Positions 1 to 6,374 of a stretch of 13,586 bases of DNA are shown one piece after another (positions within the stretch are counted from its first letter, which is position 1; the number at the start of each line of letters is the position of its first letter). A program made the position numbers and the translations under genes. The DNA comes from a bacterium (lineage in GTDB: Bacteria; DUMJ01), in contig JBMFMV010000054.1 of assembly GCA_049970495.1 (NCBI GenBank), forward strand, positions 1 through 13,586, written 5' to 3'. The notes beneath the pieces were generated by a model. It saw nothing but the letters and a program-made list of their open reading frames with translations. It was not told where the DNA came from and did no database searches.

Positions 1-299
1 CTATTAATATCTAAGCCAATCATTAGCTCGATATCCCCTCCATACCCCCTTACTGTAATTTTTGCTGTTCCCCCCACTATATTTCCGTTACTCAAGCCTA
101 AATATACTTGATTACCATTTACAATAACCTCTTTAAATTCTAGTGCCTGTGGCAATACCTCTTGTCGTAGAGAGATCTGTGCCTTTACCTGCTGTTCATT
201 TATAATTGGAGTTGTAAGTTGATAGAAGTAACCTAAGGTACCTGCAGAAAGAGCGCATATAAATGCTAACAATAATGCCCTTTTTATATGTTCTCCCAT
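1..299 (-). CDS. rnfG: RnfG-like electron transport complex subunit / membrane-anchored FMN-binding protein (partial, runs off left edge)
   Basis: Not in the ORF track; translated by hand from ATG at 299 with SD AGGAGG at 305-310: MGEHIKRALLLAFICALSAGTLGYFYQLTTPIINEQQVKAQISLRQEVLPQALEFKEVIVNGNQVYLGLSNGNIVGGTAKITVRGYGGDIELMIGLDIN... The N-terminal TM helix, 'T.P.I', 'EVLP.A' and 'GYGGDI..MIG.D' motifs are typical of RnfG. The frame is open to the window edge. Confidence 0.85.
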   Translation of the reverse strand, partial: MGEHIKRALLLAFICALSAGTLGYFYQLTTPIINEQQVKAQISLRQEVLPQALEFKEVIVNGNQVYLGLSNGNIVGGTAKITVRGYGGDIELMIGLDIN

Positions 300-311
300 C
301 TTATCCTCCTT

Positions 312-1013
312 TTACCATCCATAATAATATGGCCTATAGCGTCGTCTATATTTTATACCTATTAAAAGACCAGTTACAAATCCTCCTATATGTGCCCACC
401 AGGCAACTCCACCTGTAGTTATGTATGTCCTTATCGCTAGACTAGCAATACCATTTAAAGTCTGAGAGATAAACCAAAAACCTAAAAATAAGAATGCAGG
501 TATAGCTGCTATGTGCAGGAAGAAGCCAAATGGCAATAGGGTCATGATTCTAGACTCAGGGAATATTATAAAATAAGCCCCTAGTACCCCAGAGATCGCG
601 CCACTAGCGCCTATCGTAGGGATAGGAGATGATAGATTTGTTATAATATGTGCAAGGCTAGAAGTGAAACCACAGAAGAGATAAAAGATTAGATACATGA
701 AATGACCCATTCTGTCTTCTACGTTATCACCAAAGATCCATAGGTAAAGCATATTGCTAAGGATATGGTACCAGCCACCATGTAAAAATATAGCGGTAAA
801 GAAGGGAAGAATAATATCCATCATAGGTACAGAACCTAAATTAGATATATCCTGTATAAATCTCATTGGAACTATCCCATACTGAAATATAAACCGTTCC
901 AATCTATTGCCGAGAGAAAGTTCGTAGAAAAAAGCTATAAAATTAGCTATTATGAGTAGCACATTAATTATAGGGAATTTCCTCGAAGGTATACTATCCC
1001 TTAGTGGAATCAT
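312..1013 (-). CDS. Rhomboid family intramembrane serine protease
   Basis: Multiple TM segments with 'FLHGGWYHILSNMLYLWIFGDNVEDRMG', catalytic Ser in GASG and catalytic His in 'WWAHIGGF'. Start placed at ATG 1013 (MIPLRD, a typical N-terminus for this subfamily) with GGAGG upstream at about 1025-1029; TTG at 1019 is an alternative. Confidence 0.95.
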   Translation of the reverse strand: MIPLRDSIPSRKFPIINVLLIIANFIAFFYELSLGNRLERFIFQYGIVPMRFIQDISNLGSVPMMDIILPFFTAIFLHGGWYHILSNMLYLWIFGDNVEDRMGHFMYLIFYLFCGFTSSLAHIITNLSSPIPTIGASGAISGVLGAYFIIFPESRIMTLLPFGFFLHIAAIPAFLFLGFWFISQTLNGIASLAIRTYITTGGVAWWAHIGGFVTGLLIGIKYRRRYRPYYYGW

Positions 1014-1251
1014 CTTCAATTCCACCTCCCTTGTAAGATTCTCTCTTTTCCAATAGTTCTATTGCGCTTTCTATAGAGATCTCAGGAACCCAGATTTCTA
1101 CTGGTCCACCCATTCCCATAACTGGGCCGTCACCGTAGGGAACCGTTGACGACTTTAAGAATACATAGATTCCATTACTCTCTAAATAGCTCTTAATTAT
1201 TTCTGCCTCAGCCTTATTAGGAGCTCTTTTTAGAAGAACTAGTTCTTCCAT
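994..1251 (-). CDS. DUF2007 (putative signal-transducing) domain protein
   Basis: 85 aa; the pattern 'AEAEIIKSYLESNGI...GPVEIWVPE....AIELL' matches DUF2007. Overlaps both neighbours. Confidence 0.8.
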   Translation of the reverse strand: MEELVLLKRAPNKAEAEIIKSYLESNGIYVFLKSSTVPYGDGPVMGMGGPVEIWVPEISIESAIELLEKRESYKGGGIEDDSTKG

Positions 1252-1654
1252 CTAATATCTCCTTTATCTTTTCTATAGCTAGGTTTATTAGTCTATTTAG
1301 AGGAGGAGAAGATTCTTCAATCAGTACAAATCTAGGATGCGATACAGGTATTAATACCTTGATCGCTTTACTTGTAGATATAGCTTCTGCTATTTCAGTA
1401 GTGACCTCTCCCATCATACTGTTAGGTATGACTATTCCCCAAGGCCCAACTATGATATCCGCCTCTAAAGAGCAGATTCTTATAGCATTTTCTCCACTAG
1501 CACCCCTATTTGCACCAGCCTTTAGCATATTCCCAGTAGCAAAAGAATTTGTCCCTACTGCAATGATTTCTACATCAGGGATTTCTTTTAGCCTAGATAT
1601 AATCTCAGAACCTAGTCCTCCTCCTAAACCATCCACAACTAGTATTTGCGCCAT
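1217..1654 (-). CDS. DUF3842 family protein
   Basis: 145 aa; 'VVDGLGGGLG', 'AVGTNSFATGNMLKAGANRGASGENAI', 'ADIIVGPWGIVIPNSMMGEVT' and 'KVLIP' are hallmark DUF3842 segments (Rossmann-like Gly-rich start). Confidence 0.88.
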   Translation of the reverse strand: MAQILVVDGLGGGLGSEIISRLKEIPDVEIIAVGTNSFATGNMLKAGANRGASGENAIRICSLEADIIVGPWGIVIPNSMMGEVTTEIAEAISTSKAIKVLIPVSHPRFVLIEESSPPLNRLINLAIEKIKEILDGRTSSSKKSS

Positions 1655-1655
1655 A

Positions 1656-2273
1656 TTACAGTGAGATCGATGCCCCTATTTGTCCTATAAATCCTTCATG
1701 ATAAGTTATTGTTACATTCAGGAATGATAGCATATTTATATTAAGAGCAACACCAACTTTTTCAGATTTATAAAAACCTATTAAATCTATTTTGTCAGTA
1801 AGTTTGAATTCTAGTGCTCCAAATATACCCCTATATATTCCGCTTCCTGCGCCAATATTTCCCTTTAGATTACCTACTTCTTTTGAGAGCACAAGATAGA
1901 ATGTGTTCTCTCCTAATACATTATTCACATCAAACAATCCACCAATAGATATACCTGGTAAGAGTGTTTTTTCTTCTGTGATATTCCACTTAGCATGGAA
2001 TATAGGTGTAACTTCTGTTTTTGAGGGAAGAGAGACTCCAGTTATACCTATTTCTAAGCCAATTCCAAGCCCTAGAGTTATAGGTATCCTTGTTAAAGTC
2101 TCTTCTCCATAAAAACCAATGTTAGGACCTATCCCTACACCAAAACTTAATACATCTGCAGTGGGTATTTCTGAGATACCCGTAGGTCCCCAGTTAGATA
2201 AGGTTCCTGCATTTGCCAAGCTACAGAAAGATAAGATAATTACAATCGTAAGTAATAAGACCTTTATTTTCAT
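1656..2273 (-). CDS. Secreted YjbH-like outer-membrane beta-barrel protein
   Basis: Start reassigned to ATG 2273 (SD GGAGG at about 2281-2285; ATGA overlap with the maturase stop). Sec signal peptide MKIKVLLLTIVIILSFCSLANA|G, then 'GPTGISEIPTADVL' resembling the YjbH-domain G-x-T-G-x-x-x-I-P-T-A motif. The rest is alternating hydrophobic/Gly beta-strands ending 'GFIGQIGASISL'. Confidence 0.7.
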   Translation of the reverse strand: MKIKVLLLTIVIILSFCSLANAGTLSNWGPTGISEIPTADVLSFGVGIGPNIGFYGEETLTRIPITLGLGIGLEIGITGVSLPSKTEVTPIFHAKWNITEEKTLLPGISIGGLFDVNNVLGENTFYLVLSKEVGNLKGNIGAGSGIYRGIFGALEFKLTDKIDLIGFYKSEKVGVALNINMLSFLNVTITYHEGFIGQIGASISL

Positions 2274-3568
2274 ACCTTTACCTCCATCCTTTTTGCCCTT
2301 AACCATAGGGCATATTCTATTCTTAACTTTTGTATCTCACAACCTACTCTATAAGGTTCTTCAATATCCTTGTTTATAATAAAATTATTGGCTAAACAAC
2401 CTCCTCCACATAGATACCTAGCCCAACACTCTTTGCATATAGGTTTACTATCTATGTTGTTCAGGTGTATAAATTTCCCCCTCAGTCTTTTATCGATATC
2501 TTTTCTATTAATTTCTCCAAGTCTAAACTGAGTATATCCAACGAACTGATGGCAGGGGTATATATCACCGTTAGGAGTTATTGCCATATACTCAACACCC
2601 GCTCCGCATCCCCTAGCCAATCTAGGCAAACATGCTCCTTCTTCGAATGGCAATTCAAAATGGAAAAATTTTACATCATTTTTTAGACACTCTTCTGCCA
2701 CTTTCTCATATTCTATTCTTAGTATAGGTATATGTTCCTTCTTTATCGAAATTTTGCAATCATTTGATACCACAGGCTCTAAAGATATATACCTAAAGCC
2801 TAAGTCGACTAGTTCTTTGAAGCTATTAGAAAAATTTATTGTTTCTGCGGTATAAGTTCCCCTTATATAGTATCCTCCGTCTTGTCTTCTCCTAGCTAAT
2901 TCTATGGCATTTGGTAATATATGATTAAAAGAGCCATTTCCATTTACTAGATGTCTAAACTTATCGTGAACCTCTTTGCCACCGTCGAGACTTAATACTA
3001 TACTTATCTCTAATTCATCTAATAAGTCTAAAACCTTTTCATCCAAGAGGAGCCCATTTGTAGTAAGAGTTATTCTAAGATGTTTGCCAAGTTCTTTTGC
3101 CTTCTCTCTTCCATATATACTTGTTTTTCTAATAACATCTAAGTTTAATAATGGTTCTCCTCCAAAGAAATCTATCTCTATATTTCTTACATCTCTTGAA
3201 GACTCAAATAAAAGGTCTATAGCTCTGTATGCTATCTCTAGGGACATAAAAGATTCATTAGAAGAAAGGTTATGTCTTGTGAAACAATAATCGCATGCCA
3301 TATTACATGAGTGGGAGACATTTATACATAGAGATTTTAGGGTTAGATTCTCATCGGTTCGAATCTTTATAGGATTATAGGAACTTAGTATCTCTTCTAT
3401 TTCTCTATAAGTCTCTTCAGAGACATACGAGTCTTTTAATCCATCAAATAGAGACTTAACAGCCTTAGCTCCCTCTTCATCTAGTTGATAGAGAGAACCA
3501 AGACTGTTAAAGAGGAAATACTCTCCTTTAATATTAAAAAGGTGCCAGTCTCTTTTTACCAAGTCCAT
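2270..3568 (-). CDS. scfB: Radical SAM/SPASM thioether cross-link-forming SCIFF (ranthipeptide) maturase, CteB/Tte1186-like
   Basis: CxxxCxxC (CNMACDYC), 'DFFGGEPLLN', 'TTNGLLL', 'SLDG' and 'YYIRGTY'. SPASM Cys array: CGAG...YPCHQF...CKECWARYLCGGGC...GCE. N-terminal RRE-like region. Lies immediately downstream of a SCIFF-type peptide. Confidence 0.93.
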   Translation of the reverse strand: MDLVKRDWHLFNIKGEYFLFNSLGSLYQLDEEGAKAVKSLFDGLKDSYVSEETYREIEEILSSYNPIKIRTDENLTLKSLCINVSHSCNMACDYCFTRHNLSSNESFMSLEIAYRAIDLLFESSRDVRNIEIDFFGGEPLLNLDVIRKTSIYGREKAKELGKHLRITLTTNGLLLDEKVLDLLDELEISIVLSLDGGKEVHDKFRHLVNGNGSFNHILPNAIELARRRQDGGYYIRGTYTAETINFSNSFKELVDLGFRYISLEPVVSNDCKISIKKEHIPILRIEYEKVAEECLKNDVKFFHFELPFEEGACLPRLARGCGAGVEYMAITPNGDIYPCHQFVGYTQFRLGEINRKDIDKRLRGKFIHLNNIDSKPICKECWARYLCGGGCLANNFIINKDIEEPYRVGCEIQKLRIEYALWLRAKRMEVKV

Positions 3569-3723
3569 TTTCCTAAAGGCTTCTTTACCTCACATACCAA
3601 GTTACCAACTGTCATACTGGTCTTACAAGCAGATCTACATGGAGTTTGGCACTCTTGACAGTTTTTCTTCCCTTTATCTTTAGCTATTGGTGACTCCATT
3701 ATTACTCTGATATGCTTCTCCAT
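3556..3723 (-). CDS. scfA: SCIFF-family ranthipeptide precursor (five-Cys variant), 55 aa
   Basis: MEKHIRVIMESPIAKDKGKKNCQECQTPCRSACKTSMTVGNLVCEVKKPLGKWTW. The 'KHI' leader and C-x-E-C-Q-T-x-C-x-S-A-C-K-T-S-x-T-V-G-N-x-x-C-E core match SCIFF. SD GGAGG at about 3732-3736 before ATG 3723; overlaps the maturase start by 13 nt. Confidence 0.93.
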   Translation of the reverse strand: MEKHIRVIMESPIAKDKGKKNCQECQTPCRSACKTSMTVGNLVCEVKKPLGKWTW

Positions 3724-3756
3724 ATAAAATCCCTCCATCATCTTTTAATTTGTTTT

Positions 3757-3765
3757 ATTATAACA
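3757..3765 (-). promoter_or_regulatory. Putative extended -10 promoter (TGtTATAAT) for the scfA operon
   Basis: Reverse complement of 3757-3765 reads TGTTATAAT, about 34 nt upstream of the scfA ATG. No good -35. A second TGaTATAAT lies at 3790-3798 on the same strand. Confidence 0.5.
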
Positions 3766-3781
3766 TAATTTTACTTTAAAC

Positions 3782-3810
3782 TTGCTTATATTATATCATT
3801 CTGATATACT
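3782..3810 (+). promoter_or_regulatory. Sigma70-type promoter for the phoU run
   Basis: TTGCTT (3782-3787), 17-bp spacer, TATACT (3805-3810), with TG extension at 3802-3803. SD GGAGG at 3831-3835 follows. Confidence 0.65.
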
Positions 3811-3844
3811 ACTAGGGTAAGATTTGCCGAGGAGGGGAAACCTT

Positions 3845-4516
3845 ATGGAAGAAAGGCTTCAATTAGATTCTCTTAAAGATCTTACTCTAGAAATGTTATC
3901 TATGGCTAAAAAGAACATAAGAGAGAGTGTAGATTCACTAGCCAATAAAGATTTTGATCTCGCTGAGAAAGTTATTAAGGAGGACAAACTTATAGATAAT
4001 CTTGAATTAGAGATTGAAGAGGCATGTATAAGATTCCTAAGGGTAGTTAATAGGGACGAAGATGTGAGATTAGTTAGCGGTATCTGGAAGATTATTACTG
4101 ACATAGAACGTATTGGAGATTATGCTACTCATGTGGCTGAGGCAGCTAAGGTTCTAGCTAATAAGCCAACACTAAAGCCTCTTATAGACATACCAGCTAT
4201 GGCAGATAGCGTTGTAGATATGATATCTAAATGCGAATCAGCTCTAAAAAATTGTGATGTTTCTTATCTAGATTCCATCTGGGAGACAGATGTAAGAATA
4301 GATGCACTTTATGATCAAGTCTTTAGAGAGCTTTTAAGTTACATATTAGAAACCCCTAGGCTTATTACCAATGCTATCTATCTTACTCAGGTGGCTAGAT
4401 ATTTAGAAAGGGCAGGGGACCATGCCACTAATATAGCAGAAAGGATATTTTATATAGTAGAGGGTAAAAAGATAAAAAGGGGAAAGATCTATGATAAAAG
4501 TTTAAAGGAGGCTTAG
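3845..4516 (+). CDS. phoU: Phosphate signalling complex protein PhoU
   Basis: Two PhoU repeats: 'EDKLIDNLELEIEEAC...DIERIGDYATHVAE' and 'DVRIDALY...ARYLERAGDHATNIAERI', plus 'KPLIDIP'. Start placed at ATG 3845 after GAGGAGGGG. Confidence 0.95.
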   Translation: MEERLQLDSLKDLTLEMLSMAKKNIRESVDSLANKDFDLAEKVIKEDKLIDNLELEIEEACIRFLRVVNRDEDVRLVSGIWKIITDIERIGDYATHVAEAAKVLANKPTLKPLIDIPAMADSVVDMISKCESALKNCDVSYLDSIWETDVRIDALYDQVFRELLSYILETPRLITNAIYLTQVARYLERAGDHATNIAERIFYIVEGKKIKRGKIYDKSLKEA

Positions 4517-4520
4517 TACT

Positions 4521-5345
4521 ATGAAATTGGGAGTAGTAGTATCTCTAACAGAGGGTATAGATGCGGCTATAAAGAAGGTTAAGGATTTTGATCTACCTAC
4601 TTGTCAGGTTGTATGTTGGGATCCGGAACTATTTACTAGAGAAAATGCTCAGACCCTTAAAGAATCTGCTGAAAAGTGGGGAGTAGAAATAACTCATCTA
4701 TGGGTTGGTTGGCCGGGCCCTAGAGTTTGGAACTTTATAGAAGGTCCTATAACACTTGGATTAGTACCTTTAGAATATCGCTATGTCAGATTAGAGGCGC
4801 TTAGGAAAGGTTCGGATTTTGCAAAGTTAATAGGTGTAGAGAATATAGTGACTCATGTAGGTTTTATACCTGAAAATCCAAACGATTCACTCTACCCTGG
4901 TCTTATATCAGTACTTAGGGAAATAGTAATATATTGTAAATATAATGGCCAATATTTTTGTTTTGAAACAGGACAAGAGACACCAACTACACTGCTTAGG
5001 ACTATAGAAGACATAGGGATGGATAATGTTGGAATAAATCTAGATCCTGCAAATCTCCTTATGTACGGGAAGGCAAATCCTGTAGATGCTCTAGATATAA
5101 TTGGCAGATTTGTAAGAGGGGTTCATGCCAAAGATGGAGAATACCCCACAGGAGGTAGGTCTTTGGGGATAGAAAAGCCTTTGGGAGAAGGTCGAGTCAA
5201 TTATCCCTTATTTATTTCTAAGTTAAAGAAGTGTGGTTATAATGGAGCGTTAACTATAGAAAGAGAAATTTCTGGAGAACATCAGATAAGAGATATCTTA
5301 AGGGCTAAGGAGTTTCTGAGTAAATTGATTCGAGAAGATGGGTAA
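4521..5345 (+). CDS. Sugar phosphate isomerase/epimerase (xylose isomerase-like TIM barrel, AP_endonuc_2 family)
   Basis: Metal-binding pattern in 'HVGFIPE', 'FETGQE', 'NLDPANL', 'HAKDG', 'GEGRVN' and 'GYNGALTIERE'. SD AAGGAGG at 4505-4511. Confidence 0.88.
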   Translation: MKLGVVVSLTEGIDAAIKKVKDFDLPTCQVVCWDPELFTRENAQTLKESAEKWGVEITHLWVGWPGPRVWNFIEGPITLGLVPLEYRYVRLEALRKGSDFAKLIGVENIVTHVGFIPENPNDSLYPGLISVLREIVIYCKYNGQYFCFETGQETPTTLLRTIEDIGMDNVGINLDPANLLMYGKANPVDALDIIGRFVRGVHAKDGEYPTGGRSLGIEKPLGEGRVNYPLFISKLKKCGYNGALTIEREISGEHQIRDILRAKEFLSKLIREDG

Positions 5346-6330
5346 GGGACAAGTTTTAATCTTTTCTGCTCTTTTTTTAGCAACTTTTCTAACTTTTTTG
5401 TTATCTGTGTCTATAGGGACTGTAAAGATATCTTTTTCTGACATTATAGGAAACCTTTTCTATCATAAAGATACATCAAAATTTGGTACCATTATTATGC
5501 AGATAAGACTACCTAGGGTTATATTATCTTTATTGGTAGGGGCATCTTTGGGGGGAGCTGGTACCGTTTTTCAATCCTTATTTATAAACCCTATGGCTGA
5601 TGCATATATTATTGGTATATCTTCAGGCTCAGCTTTAGGAGCGGTATTAGCAATAGCTTTCAAGCTACGATTTTATGTATTAGGAATAAGTTCTATTCCT
5701 GCATTTGCCTTTATAGGCGGAGTTTCTACAGTCTTTCTTGTATACGCTATCTCTTCTAGAGGGAGGCACAATCAGATGTTGAATCTTCTTCTATCTGGTC
5801 TTGCTATAAATTCTTTCTTATCTAGCGTAATGTCTTTTCTATTACTGTTAAGTGATACGTCCCTTCATGAGTCTATATACTGGCTTATGGGGGGATTTTC
5901 GGGAAGAGGGTGGGAGCATGTAAGGATTATACTTCCATATTTTGTTATTTCTACTATAATACTATTTTTATTTACTAGGGACTTAAATATACTCCTTCTT
6001 GGAGACGAGCAGGCTCAGACCCTAGGGGTTAATGTAGCGCAGGTAAGAAGAACCATTATAATTTTTACCGCATTATTAACTGCTAGTGCTGTGTCTGTTA
6101 GTGGGATTATAGGCTTTGTAGGATTAGTTGTACCACATATACTTAGACTTCTAATAGGTCCAGACAATAAGATTTTATTTCCTGCTAGTTTATTTGGAGG
6201 GGCTGTCCTATTAACATTTTCAGATCTTATAGCTAGAGTTGCTCTTTCTCCTAGTGAGATCCCTGTTGGTATAGTAACCTCATTAATAGGAGCTCCTTTT
6301 TTTATATCCCTACTTGTCAAGAAAGGTTAA
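5338..6330 (+). CDS. FecCD/BtuC-family iron-chelate or cobalamin ABC transporter permease
   Basis: About 9-10 TM helices; 'IRLPRV', 'QSLFINPMADAYIIGISSGSALGA', EAA-type loop 'LGDEQAQTLGVNV', 'GIIGFVGLVVPHI' and 'EIPVGIVTSLIGAPFF'. Confidence 0.95.
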   Translation: MGKGQVLIFSALFLATFLTFLLSVSIGTVKISFSDIIGNLFYHKDTSKFGTIIMQIRLPRVILSLLVGASLGGAGTVFQSLFINPMADAYIIGISSGSALGAVLAIAFKLRFYVLGISSIPAFAFIGGVSTVFLVYAISSRGRHNQMLNLLLSGLAINSFLSSVMSFLLLLSDTSLHESIYWLMGGFSGRGWEHVRIILPYFVISTIILFLFTRDLNILLLGDEQAQTLGVNVAQVRRTIIIFTALLTASAVSVSGIIGFVGLVVPHILRLLIGPDNKILFPASLFGGAVLLTFSDLIARVALSPSEIPVGIVTSLIGAPFFISLLVKKG

Positions 6331-6343
6331 TTGGGCGTAAAAT
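6314..6343 (+). promoter_or_regulatory. Possible internal promoter for the GH78 gene
   Basis: TTGTCA (6314-6319), 18-bp spacer, TAAAAT (6338-6343); strong SD GAGGAGGT at 6363-6370. Confidence 0.35.
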
Positions 6344-6374
6344 TTAATAAATAATGAATTATGAGGAGGTAAAA

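Noticed and set aside
25..60. Possible frameshift in the G-runs of the rnfG-like gene
   Set aside because: Careful reading gives AGG GGG TAT GGA GGG GAT ATC (RGYGGDI) in frame; the gene is intact to the edge.
1359..3290. Plus-strand ORFs at 1359-1664, 1903-2112, 2119-2379, 2465-2686 and 2976-3290
   Set aside because: All lie antisense to well-supported minus-strand genes, use TTG/GTG/weak starts and have shadow-like composition.
3724..3741. Longer precursor start (MMEGFY...)
   Set aside because: This stretch contains the GGAGG SD for ATG 3723, and the family starts at M-x-K-H-I.
3742..3844. Pho box, Fur box or Rex site in the divergent region
   Set aside because: No 11-bp-spaced TGTCA-type repeats and no match to the Fur or Rex consensus; only the palindrome reported above.
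6290..6320. Perfect TTGACA on the minus strand (6320-6315) as an antisense promoter
   Set aside because: No -10-like hexamer at 16-18 bp spacing.
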